Positions 1 through 7,895 of a DNA stretch of 64,000 nt are shown here, in pieces. The position numbers were made by a program, and so were the translations under genes. The notes beneath the pieces are model-generated. The model ran no database searches, had not been told where the DNA came from, and saw only the letters and a list, made by a program, of their open reading frames with translations. Source of the DNA: Brevinematales bacterium (GTDB lineage: Bacteria; Spirochaetota; Brevinematia; Brevinematales; JAOACQ01). Within the stretch, counting starts at the first letter, position 1, and the number at the start of each line of letters is the position of its first letter. The stretch spans positions 3,862 to 67,861 of the forward strand of contig JAGVOW010000064.1 of NCBI GenBank assembly GCA_020052515.1. Reading direction: 5' to 3'.

Positions 1-341
1 AAGATAAAATGCCCTATTTCAAAGCGGTAGTAGGCTTTTTTATCAGGGTAAAAAGCTAAAACCTGCGTCTGATTCGAAAACAGTGAAATTTTTACAAAGT
101 TTGTGTCTTCGTTGATTTCATTAAGATCGGTGTAATGATCCGGATTCCAATTGAATGGCAGGCGGCTTTGTTCATTGGTTTCTTTTTCCGGCAGGGCAAT
201 GATTTGATCTCTCTGGGAATGCAGCGCTTTTTTATCTAAAGAAGCTTTGCCGACATTGCTGTCTAAGAAAATAAAGGCAATAAAAGCGGTCGTAATAATA
301 ACTGTATTGAGAACAATGGATTGAAAATAGCGCTGTTTCAT
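1..341 (-). CDS. Membrane-anchored protein, N-terminal part only (gene runs off the left edge). Last visible gene of the ABC cluster.
   Basis: My own minus-strand translation starts at ATG 339-341, with AGGAG 7 nt upstream. It reads MKQRYFQSIVLNTVIITTAFIAFIFLDSNVGK... and stays open to position 1. One N-terminal TM helix is followed by a polar domain, the layout of MacB/FtsX-type permease N-termini. It is absent from the ORF track because it is truncated. Confidence 0.5.
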   Translation of the reverse strand, partial: MKQRYFQSIVLNTVIITTAFIAFIFLDSNVGKASLDKKALHSQRDQIIALPEKETNEQSRLPFNWNPDHYTDLNEINEDTNFVKISLFSNQTQVLAFYPDKKAYYRFEIGHFI

Positions 342-390
342 GTACCTGCTCCTGTGTTGTGTGTCCCTAATTATCGGATAGTTTGATTTT

Positions 391-1080
391 TTATTTAACG
401 TCTTTACAGGAGAATTGCTTGATGCACCCGTCTTCCATAAAGTAAGTATCTTTGCAATATAAAGAGAAGCGTTCATCATGGGTCGCTATAATAATAGTAA
501 GCCCCAGGCTATTGAGATTGCTGAAAATGTTGAATAATTCACGCGCCGAATTTTCATCCAGATTGGCCGTCGGTTCGTCGGCGATGAGTATTTCCGGACT
601 GTGGATCAGCGCCCTGGCAATAGAGGCTTTCTTTTTCTCTCCCCCGCTCAGTTCATAAGGCAGCCTTTTTTTTAGTTTTACGATATTCAATCTCTCCAGA
701 AGAGTTTCGTAATAATTTCTCTTTTCGCCTATGTCCTGATAATTAATAGCGAGAGGCAAAAGAATATTGTCTTCAATAGAAAGTTCTTGAATAAAATTCG
801 CTTCCTGAAAAACAATTCCAAATTTCTTCCTGCGGATTTCGCAAACCTTATTGTCTTTATTCTTTGACAGGGAAACTTTTCCCCAAAAAACGTCTCCGGT
901 GGTAGGCCTTAAATTTCCGGTAATGATTTTCAAGAGGGTTGTTTTTCCACTCCCAGATGGCCCGACAAAAGAAGTATAATTGCCATAGTTAATGTCCAGG
1001 TTTAAGCGGGCTAGAGATTGTATGTAATTGTCTTCCACGGTTTTATATTTTTTTGAAATATTGATCAATCTAATATCCAT
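391..1080 (-). CDS. ABC transporter ATP-binding protein (MacB/LolD/FtsE-like)
   Basis: Walker A GPSGSGKTT, Walker B ILIADEPT and H-loop ATHD are present. The signature motif is LSGGEKKKASIARAL, diverged from LSGGQ. An AAGGA RBS precedes the start. Confidence 0.9.
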   Translation of the reverse strand: MDIRLINISKKYKTVEDNYIQSLARLNLDINYGNYTSFVGPSGSGKTTLLKIITGNLRPTTGDVFWGKVSLSKNKDNKVCEIRRKKFGIVFQEANFIQELSIEDNILLPLAINYQDIGEKRNYYETLLERLNIVKLKKRLPYELSGGEKKKASIARALIHSPEILIADEPTANLDENSARELFNIFSNLNSLGLTIIIATHDERFSLYCKDTYFMEDGCIKQFSCKDVK

Positions 1081-1088
1081 AATATTCC

Positions 1089-1568
1089 TTAAGCGTTTAT
1101 TCTTTCTTTTTCAATCTGGAAAATCAGCCTCAGAGAAAACAGGGGAGAGAAAATAAATAAAATAATAGGCTGGCAAGCCGCAAACAGCAGATAAAAAACA
1201 TGGACTTTTCTAAGGGCAATAAAACCGGCAAACAAGAGGCCGGCGATCAGCATTTCTATCAGTATTTCAGCTATATGGTCAAAAATAATGTAGGCTTTTG
1301 AAGCGCCGATTGAGCGGAGAATAATCACAGTTTCTTTTTCAGAATAAACACGGATATAAATAAAAAGCGTGTTTGCCAGAGTAACTATAACAAATAAATA
1401 CAAGAAAACATTCCACTCAATACTGATAGTAGAAGCAAAAAAAAGCATAAAGTTAATCAAAACCAGGAGTATCCGCCAGAACACCTTCACTCTCATTTTC
1501 TTCAGGTTCAGCCAGATAATATTACCCAGAAAGCGTGATAAAAATAGATTAAGACTCATTCTTTCCAT
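1089..1568 (-). CDS. Small 4-TM FtsX-domain membrane protein (permease-like, without a periplasmic domain)
   Basis: Four hydrophobic helices. The motif ILRSIGASKAYII...AEILIEMLIAGLLF resembles the conserved FtsX/MacB TM region. The start is ATG 1568 or ATG 1559; the latter overlaps the upstream stop as ATGA. Confidence 0.6.
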   Translation of the reverse strand: MERMSLNLFLSRFLGNIIWLNLKKMRVKVFWRILLVLINFMLFFASTISIEWNVFLYLFVIVTLANTLFIYIRVYSEKETVIILRSIGASKAYIIFDHIAEILIEMLIAGLLFAGFIALRKVHVFYLLFAACQPIILFIFSPLFSLRLIFQIEKERINA

Positions 1569-2422
1569 AATTTTTGTCCATAAATAGTTTTGATCTTATT
1601 TAGAGTTTCCATTTTATTTTCGGATTTTATATTTTTAATCAGCATCATTCTGGCATATCGGTCATAAAATTTTAACTGGCTTAAACCGGTTTTATAGTCT
1701 TCGTTTAAATCCTCACCAATGATAACCAGAGATGCCCGTTTTTCATTATAAGTTTCCAGAAGCTTATTTCTTTCATTTACAGGAAAGACGTCAGTTTCCG
1801 GGTTAAAGTCAGGGGAAATGGAGACCCCGGATTTTTTACTTTCCCGAATGAGAACAAGAAGCTCGGTAAATTGACTCAGTTTTTCCAAATATTTTGAATC
1901 AGAATCCTCTAAGATAAAAAATAAGATGATGCCGCACTCATCATATTTATAATCGATACTCGCTCCTCTGGGAATGTTAAATTTTATCTCGTTCCATTTC
2001 TTATAGTTGATTTTTTCACCAAAATTCAGCACCGTTTCAAATACGCCATTCGTGTTTTTTTTGTAAATTTCTGACAAAGACACTACGTTCCTTTTCCTTT
2101 TTGACGCGGCATTTGAAGATTCCAGCTCGTCCATAATCCGATCAAGGTCAATCACGCTTTTTCTTCCTATAGGAAGCCGATAGTCAACCGGGAAATTAAT
2201 AGCCAGTTTGGCAAAAAGCCTTTCAGTGTAAATAACTTCTATTTCCAGGATGTCTGCGCTCTTTAAAATTTCATAGTTATCTTTGTTAAATTTCATTCCC
2301 TGCGTTAACTGTAGAACATTCATACCGGAACGGACATAAATATTGGATAGAAAAATGATGGGGATTTCTTCCGCTCCATATTTGCTTATAACTTTGAAAG
2401 CTTCTTCCAGTTTTATTTTCAT
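1556..2422 (-). CDS. Hypothetical cytoplasmic protein (288 aa), first gene of the ABC cluster
   Basis: Long ORF with no signal peptide or TM helix. Its stop overlaps the next gene's start. I recognise no family motif. Confidence 0.55.
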   Translation of the reverse strand: MKIKLEEAFKVISKYGAEEIPIIFLSNIYVRSGMNVLQLTQGMKFNKDNYEILKSADILEIEVIYTERLFAKLAINFPVDYRLPIGRKSVIDLDRIMDELESSNAASKRKRNVVSLSEIYKKNTNGVFETVLNFGEKINYKKWNEIKFNIPRGASIDYKYDECGIILFFILEDSDSKYLEKLSQFTELLVLIRESKKSGVSISPDFNPETDVFPVNERNKLLETYNEKRASLVIIGEDLNEDYKTGLSQLKFYDRYARMMLIKNIKSENKMETLNKIKTIYGQKLWKE

Positions 2423-2520
2423 CCAGGCCCCTAGTGTGGTAGTAAAATGTAAAATGATAAGGTATATAAAAATACGCTTTATTATATAATAATTTGCTTA
2501 AAAGTCAACTCTTTAATTCT

Positions 2521-2549
2521 TTGAAAAAATGCCCGCGCTTGTTTATACT
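2521..2549 (+). promoter_or_regulatory. Candidate sigma70-type promoter, TTGAAA-17 nt-TATACT
   Basis: TTGAAA at 2521-2526 and TATACT at 2544-2549 with a 17-nt spacer. It lies about 80 nt upstream of ATG 2628. Confidence 0.35.
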
Positions 2550-2627
2550 ATAGGAACCATACTTTCGTGGCTGCAAGACTTGAATTTAACGATAGCCTGT
2601 GTTATATTTATGAATTGGAGGAAAAAA

Positions 2628-3059
2628 ATGGATAAATTTAAATTCTGGCAAAGATGGTTGTTGGGTTTAAGCCTGTTTCTCCTGGCCTTTGGATTGCTGA
2701 TGGCATTCACGGGAGTGTTTGCTTCTAATCTATTGAATGACCAGACGATTAAGGTTTTCTGGGGAGGTGAAGCCCTTTCCGGCGGCACCAGGGGCTTTTA
2801 TACCTGGGCGTTTGGCGTGTGGGGAGCGAGTATCGCCGGCTGGGCAGTGACGCTGGCGTTTTTAGCGTGCTATCCATTTGGAAAGAAAGAAAAATGGGCT
2901 TGGGTGGCAATTGTATTGGCTATTCTGGCCTGGTACCCGATCGATACCGGCTTTTCCTATTATTTTAAATTTTATTTTAACGTTATTCTGAACAGCGTTC
3001 TACTGTTGTTGATAGCCTTGCCGCTTATCTTTACCCGGAAAGAGTTTTTTAAACTATAA
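2628..3059 (+). CDS. Small integral membrane protein (about 143 aa, 4 TM)
   Basis: An internal ATG at 2628 is preceded by GGAGG (2617-2621). The longer track ORF from 2529 has no RBS. The protein is rich in Trp, Phe and Leu helices. Confidence 0.6.
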   Translation: MDKFKFWQRWLLGLSLFLLAFGLLMAFTGVFASNLLNDQTIKVFWGGEALSGGTRGFYTWAFGVWGASIAGWAVTLAFLACYPFGKKEKWAWVAIVLAILAWYPIDTGFSYYFKFYFNVILNSVLLLLIALPLIFTRKEFFKL

Positions 3060-3120
3060 AACGTAACGAAATAGCTGATGAAGAATGTATGAAAGTGGAA
3101 TATAATATGTAGGAGGTGGT

Positions 3121-4596
3121 ATGACTACTCGGCAGCAAATAGTATTTTTTTTAGTTGTTTTCGGTTTTTTCTTTTTATTTTCCTGTGAAGGCGGCAGGGC
3201 CAGCACAAAGGCTGACAAAGTCAGTCAGGCACCCGCATGGGTAAACAGCCCTAAAAAGGACAGCTCTTATTATTATGTGGTGGGTTATTCAGAGGATGTC
3301 GGGCCAGCGGAAAGCGTCCAGCAAAAAGCCCTTCAAAACGCGAAAGGAAAAATCGCTAATGTCATTTTTGAAGAAGCGGAAGTGGAAAAGGTCCTGGAAT
3401 CCTCCGGCAATTTAAGCGGCAATGAGGAAATCAGCAAAAACTACCGTGAAAGTATCAAGAGTAAAAGTTCTGTCAATCTTCTGGGCGTGGAAACAGAGGA
3501 TGTCTACCAGGAGAAATCGAATGACGGCGGCCTGGATGTCTATAAAATATGGGTGCTGGCGAAGATCTCTACAAAAAACCTGGAGAAAGAACGTACCAGA
3601 ATTCTTTCCGAAATAAAACGCAAACTGGCATTGGTGGATGATAATTTAAATCAGGCAAAGGGTTTTGCCGCTGAGGGAAAGGCCATTGACGCGGTAAACG
3701 CCTACCTGAAGGCGGCTGTCAGCTCGACGAAAGTAAAAGAGCGCGCGGAAGAATTCCCCATTTATATCAGCGAGGCAGGTAAAATATTGGAGAAAATGCT
3801 AATAGAAGCGGGCGAAAACCCACCCTCAGCTGACATTGGAAAGGGGGCCAATTTTAATTTTCAGATTTTTTATTCGGGCGAAAAGGGGAAAGTTCCGGTA
3901 GGCGGCGCCGGTATCAATTTTTCTGTCAGAAACAACGAAGGGGATTACACGAAAGCGGCTGTTTCCGGTGAAAATGGTGTTGTTCTCTGTAAAATAAAAA
4001 AGTTGAAACAGGTCCGCAATGACAATACTCTTTACGCGAAATTGGCCCTGGACTTCCCGGAAATATTGAATATCGGGAAGGATTACCAGAAGTATTATTC
4101 CACGTTGAAAGATTATGTGATGAAGATAGCTGCTGCTTCTGATTTCAAGACGGCTTCCGCGGAGAACCGCTCGATTGTCAATTCAGTCATCGCAGTATTG
4201 AAGACGGAAGGCGAACAGAAACTTTTACCGGGATTAGCGTCTGAGGCATTGTCCGCGCTTATTAGCAAAGGCTATAAAGCGGTGCGGTTTTCTGATTCAC
4301 TTTCGCTGGATGATTTGACTGAGGGGAAGCAAAGCGCTCTCAATGTTCTTTTAACTAAAGGGATCAAGAGGGTTTTGGTGCTTTCTGTGAGTATTCAGGA
4401 AAAACCAAAGTACAATGAAACGCTGGGCCGCTATATGGGAGTTTATTCTATTTCGGCGCAATGGCTGGATACAGAGAACGGGGAAATTTTATCCGCGAAA
4501 AATATTAAACAAAACGCTACCGCTTCAGAGGAAAGCGGTGTTTTTGACGCTTTTATCAAGGCGGCTTCTTCCCAGATAGCAAAGATGATCGAATAA
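3121..4596 (+). CDS. Lipoprotein with an LPP20-like N-terminal region and an LpoB/CsgG-like C-terminal module
   Basis: AGGAGG RBS. Signal peptide with lipobox LFS-C. The N-terminal stretch APAWVNSP...YYYVVGYS resembles LPP20-type lipoproteins. The C-terminal pattern is VLVLSVSIQEK...SAQWLDTENGEILS. Confidence 0.7.
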   Translation: MTTRQQIVFFLVVFGFFFLFSCEGGRASTKADKVSQAPAWVNSPKKDSSYYYVVGYSEDVGPAESVQQKALQNAKGKIANVIFEEAEVEKVLESSGNLSGNEEISKNYRESIKSKSSVNLLGVETEDVYQEKSNDGGLDVYKIWVLAKISTKNLEKERTRILSEIKRKLALVDDNLNQAKGFAAEGKAIDAVNAYLKAAVSSTKVKERAEEFPIYISEAGKILEKMLIEAGENPPSADIGKGANFNFQIFYSGEKGKVPVGGAGINFSVRNNEGDYTKAAVSGENGVVLCKIKKLKQVRNDNTLYAKLALDFPEILNIGKDYQKYYSTLKDYVMKIAAASDFKTASAENRSIVNSVIAVLKTEGEQKLLPGLASEALSALISKGYKAVRFSDSLSLDDLTEGKQSALNVLLTKGIKRVLVLSVSIQEKPKYNETLGRYMGVYSISAQWLDTENGEILSAKNIKQNATASEESGVFDAFIKAASSQIAKMIE

Positions 4597-4602
4597 ATCC
4601 TG

Positions 4603-7600
4603 ATGGGTTTGATTAATTTTCACAATCACAGCGAGTATTCTTTTTTATCTTCGCTTCTGAGGGTGGATGAACTGGTTGGCTTTTCAGCTTTCCATCGTTT
4701 TGAAGGCTGTGCCCTTACAGACACATTGTCTACATTCGGCTATTTTTCCCTGGCGAAGTACTGTGAAAGGGAAAATTTAAAGCCGGTTTTCGGCATTGAG
4801 ATTTTTGTGAAGGGCGTGGATGGAAGAGGCCATTATCCTATTATTTTAATCGCGCTGGATAATGCAGGTCTGGAAAACATTTTTTCTTTAAATACATTAG
4901 CGCAGAAACATTATTACCGGGAGAAAGCATACACATTGGAATTTGAGACTCTGGCAGAATATTCAAAAGGCCTGGCTGTCCTGGTGGAAAAAGAGCTTTA
5001 CGCGCATATAAATAGCCCTGCGTCAATGGAACGGATTATTGAGTGTTACGAGGAAGCCTTTCCGGGAAGTTTTTACATTGAAGTAAATTATACTGGAGAA
5101 ATCAAAGTACCGATTCTCAAAGAAATAGTCAACAGAATTGAAAATTATTCCATGAGAGGGATCGCTTCCTGTGAGAGCCGGTATTTCCTGGAAGACCGCT
5201 TTGCGTTTGATTTTTTAAATGATTACCGAAAGAAAAGCCTGGACAATGAAAAAGGACAGAATATACCTGTGGATTGGAACTATTCTGTCCGAAAGGAAGA
5301 GGATTTCTACCGGATATTCAAAAACCATCCTCTTTATATTGAAAACGCTCAAAATCTTTTCTCCCGGATTGACGCAAACTTAGAGATCAAAAGTTTTAAG
5401 CTGCCTGTTTTGTTTGACAGCTCTTTTTCCCGGTTGAAAGAGCTCTGCCGGAAGAAACTGCTGAATTTGAAGACAGGCGATTCTCTTGCTCTTTACGAGA
5501 AAAGATTGGAGTACGAACTCGGAGTGATTCAAAATCTGGGGTTAAGCGATTATTTCCTTCTGACTTTTGACATTGCCCGTTTTATGCGGTTAAAAAAGAT
5601 ACCTTATGGTTTTGGAAGAGGCTCTTCGGTCGCTTCCCTCATTCTTTTCCTGCTGGGCGTGACAAAAGTCGATCCAGTGGAAAACCGCTTAATTTTCGAA
5701 CGCTTTCTGAATCCCGGCAGGAAGCAAATGCCGGACATTGACCTGGATGTCTGCTGGAAAAAAAGGAAATTCGTTTTTTCTTATATTGCCTCAAAATATG
5801 GGGAAAAGAATATTGCCCACCTGTCTAATATCAATCGTTTTATGGCGCGTTCAGTCATTCGGGAAATAGCAAAAAGTTACCGTCTGAATAAAGCCAAATT
5901 GGCCAAAATTTTATCCTCTATTCCTATGTACAGGGCCGTTTCTATAGAAAAATTCTTCAGGAGCGATCCAAAATTGAACATACTGTACGCTGAAGACCCG
6001 GAAATTAAAGAATTTTTAGATATTGTTATGAAAATAGAAGGGCAGGCATCGCACAGTTCTCTGCATGCCGGCGGAATTATCGTGGTCCCGGACGGCATCC
6101 GGAAATACGCGTCGCTGGAATATTCCAATAAAGGCGAGCTTGCCGCTCAATTAACGAAGGATGACCTGGAAAATACGGGCTTTATTAAGATGGATATTCT
6201 CGGCCTTCGTTTTACGACCATTATTGATGAAACCATGCGGTTAGCGGGTATTAAAGAGATTGATTTCAATAATCAAGAAGCTTTTCAGCTATTGGGTAGT
6301 AGCGATACCATAGGAGTGTTTCAACTGGAAAGCCCAGGCATGAGGGGACTGCTCAAGAACATTAAGCCTCTTTCTATCAGGTCTTTATCCGATGTAATAG
6401 CTCTCTATCGCCCGGGGCCCATGAAATCCGGCATGATGGAACAATACATTAAGCGGCATAATTCTCCGGCAGATCGGGCCATCTCGAAAGAAGCGGCTGA
6501 AATCACAAAAGAAACTTATGGGCTTTTCATCTATCAGGAGCAGATTTTGAGGCTTGCCGTCGAGGTCGCAGGCATGGACTGGGGAGAAGCCGATAGCCTC
6601 AGAAAAGCCCTTTCTTCGAAGAGCAACTCCCTCATACTTTCTCTAAAGAACCGTTTTTTGGAAGGATGTATAAAGAATAATGTAGATGAAGAATACGCGC
6701 AAAGGCTTTTCGGCATTCTGGTTGATTTTGGGGCTTACAGCTTTAATCAGGCGCATTCGCTGGCTTATGCTTATACGGCCTATACAGGCGCTTACTTAAA
6801 GGCAAATTTTCCGCTGGAGTTTTATCTTTCTTCGCTCAATAACAATATTGGTTTCGTATCTCGTTTAAATCGGTATATTATGGATATGCGCTACCATTCG
6901 CTTGGCATTCTACCGATTTCTATTAATCACAGTAAAACGCTCTTTTTTAGACAAAGCGAGAATGCTTTAAGGGCCGGTTTTGCTTTAGTGAAATATGTAG
7001 GGGCGAATCTGGCCAAAAAGATTGTGAAAGAAAGGGAGCAAAACGGCGAGTATCAAAACCTGCTTGATTTTTATTTTCGAATGAAGGACAAAGGCCTCCA
7101 CAACAAGGCCGCGGAATGTTTGATCAAAGCCGGCGCTTTTGATGATCTATGCTTTTCACGCCGCGCTTTATTGTCAGCGCTTCCGGAAATAGCAAAATTT
7201 GTTTCTAAACATTACAAAGAGGAAGAAAATGCCTTGTTTTCTATGAGGGAACAATCGCCTGATTTCACTCATTTTATTCATCCAGAGGAAAATGCGCCGC
7301 AGGAAGATAAAATGATTTTGGAATTTGAGGCTACTGACATTTTTCTTTCTCATCACCCTCTGGACCAGGTAAAGGAAAAGCTCATAGATCACAATTCGGA
7401 CAAGATTGAGGAAATAGGCCAGATAAAACAGGGCATTTTTATTGGTTATTTTTACCGGATGCGGGTCATAAAAACCAAAAACGGCTCTTTGATGGCTTTT
7501 GGCCAGTTAAGCGATGATACCGGTACAGCCGAAGTAGTTTTCTTTCCGAAAGTTTACCAGCAGTTTGCTTCCTTATTGAAGGGAGGTAAGATTCTTTTGA

Positions 7601-7656
7601 TTCGGGGAAAAACTCAGGAAGGAAAAATTATAGTAGAACAGGCTTTTTTGTTTTAA
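4603..7656 (+). CDS. dnaE: DNA polymerase III alpha subunit
   Basis: PHP domain start FHNHSEYSFLSS. Polymerase core motifs are PDIDLDV and GVFQLES. A C-terminal OB fold is present. At 1017 aa it ends right after the OB domain. Confidence 0.95.
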   Translation: MGLINFHNHSEYSFLSSLLRVDELVGFSAFHRFEGCALTDTLSTFGYFSLAKYCERENLKPVFGIEIFVKGVDGRGHYPIILIALDNAGLENIFSLNTLAQKHYYREKAYTLEFETLAEYSKGLAVLVEKELYAHINSPASMERIIECYEEAFPGSFYIEVNYTGEIKVPILKEIVNRIENYSMRGIASCESRYFLEDRFAFDFLNDYRKKSLDNEKGQNIPVDWNYSVRKEEDFYRIFKNHPLYIENAQNLFSRIDANLEIKSFKLPVLFDSSFSRLKELCRKKLLNLKTGDSLALYEKRLEYELGVIQNLGLSDYFLLTFDIARFMRLKKIPYGFGRGSSVASLILFLLGVTKVDPVENRLIFERFLNPGRKQMPDIDLDVCWKKRKFVFSYIASKYGEKNIAHLSNINRFMARSVIREIAKSYRLNKAKLAKILSSIPMYRAVSIEKFFRSDPKLNILYAEDPEIKEFLDIVMKIEGQASHSSLHAGGIIVVPDGIRKYASLEYSNKGELAAQLTKDDLENTGFIKMDILGLRFTTIIDETMRLAGIKEIDFNNQEAFQLLGSSDTIGVFQLESPGMRGLLKNIKPLSIRSLSDVIALYRPGPMKSGMMEQYIKRHNSPADRAISKEAAEITKETYGLFIYQEQILRLAVEVAGMDWGEADSLRKALSSKSNSLILSLKNRFLEGCIKNNVDEEYAQRLFGILVDFGAYSFNQAHSLAYAYTAYTGAYLKANFPLEFYLSSLNNNIGFVSRLNRYIMDMRYHSLGILPISINHSKTLFFRQSENALRAGFALVKYVGANLAKKIVKEREQNGEYQNLLDFYFRMKDKGLHNKAAECLIKAGAFDDLCFSRRALLSALPEIAKFVSKHYKEEENALFSMREQSPDFTHFIHPEENAPQEDKMILEFEATDIFLSHHPLDQVKEKLIDHNSDKIEEIGQIKQGIFIGYFYRMRVIKTKNGSLMAFGQLSDDTGTAEVVFFPKVYQQFASLLKGGKILLIRGKTQEGKIIVEQAFLF

Positions 7657-7661
7657 TTTTT

Positions 7662-7707
7662 CGCCTCAACCCCCCGGCCCCCTTCTCCAAGTCTGGAGAA
7701 GGGGGAG
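7662..7707. repeat. Family A palindromic element, left-arm copy (A1)
   Basis: Sequence CGCCTCAACCCCCCGGCCCCCTTCTCCAAGTCTGGAGAAGGGGGAG. It contains a perfect 12-bp stem (7678-7689 with 7694-7705) and loop AGTC. It begins 5 nt after the dnaE stop. Confidence 0.85.
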
Positions 7708-7781
7708 ATAAACGGGGATCGTTTCTGCTAATAGCGCCGATACCGGCCCTTTGAGAGGCAATCTGCTCATTCTCTGCCTTA

Positions 7782-7807
7782 TAGGCGCGGTTAATTAACC
7801 GCGCCTA
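7782..7807. repeat. Family B palindrome TAGGCGCGGTTAATTAACCGCGCCTA (B1)
   Basis: 26-bp perfect palindrome. The same core occurs at 39291-39326 and 44722-44759. Confidence 0.85.
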
Positions 7808-7852
7808 ACTATTCTGCATAATCGGTCAGTGAACTCCGATTTGATATAACTT

Positions 7853-7895
7853 CGCCCCCTCTCCAGACTTGGAGAGGGGGATGGGGGGTGAGGCG
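7853..7895. repeat. Family A palindromic element, inverted (right-arm) copy (A2)
   Basis: Its reverse complement, CGCCTCACCCCCCATCCCCCTCTCCAAGTCTGGAGAGGGGGCG, matches A1. It has an 11-bp stem (7855-7865 with 7870-7880). It directly abuts the stop codon of the minus-strand chemoreceptor gene. Confidence 0.85.

Noticed and set aside
2529-2627. A 33-codon N-terminal extension of the small membrane protein ORF
   Set aside because: There is no RBS at 2529, and the extension overlaps the predicted promoter (2521-2549). ATG 2628 has a GGAGG RBS and starts directly with the first TM segment.
7657-7895. A protein-coding or small-RNA gene in the dnaE / chemoreceptor spacer
   Set aside because: All six frames give only short, Pro/Gly-rich translations produced by the C/G runs of the repeats. 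No promoter-like signal or conserved RNA motif was seen, and the region is fully accounted for by repeat families A and B. Transcription of a structured RNA cannot be excluded without data.
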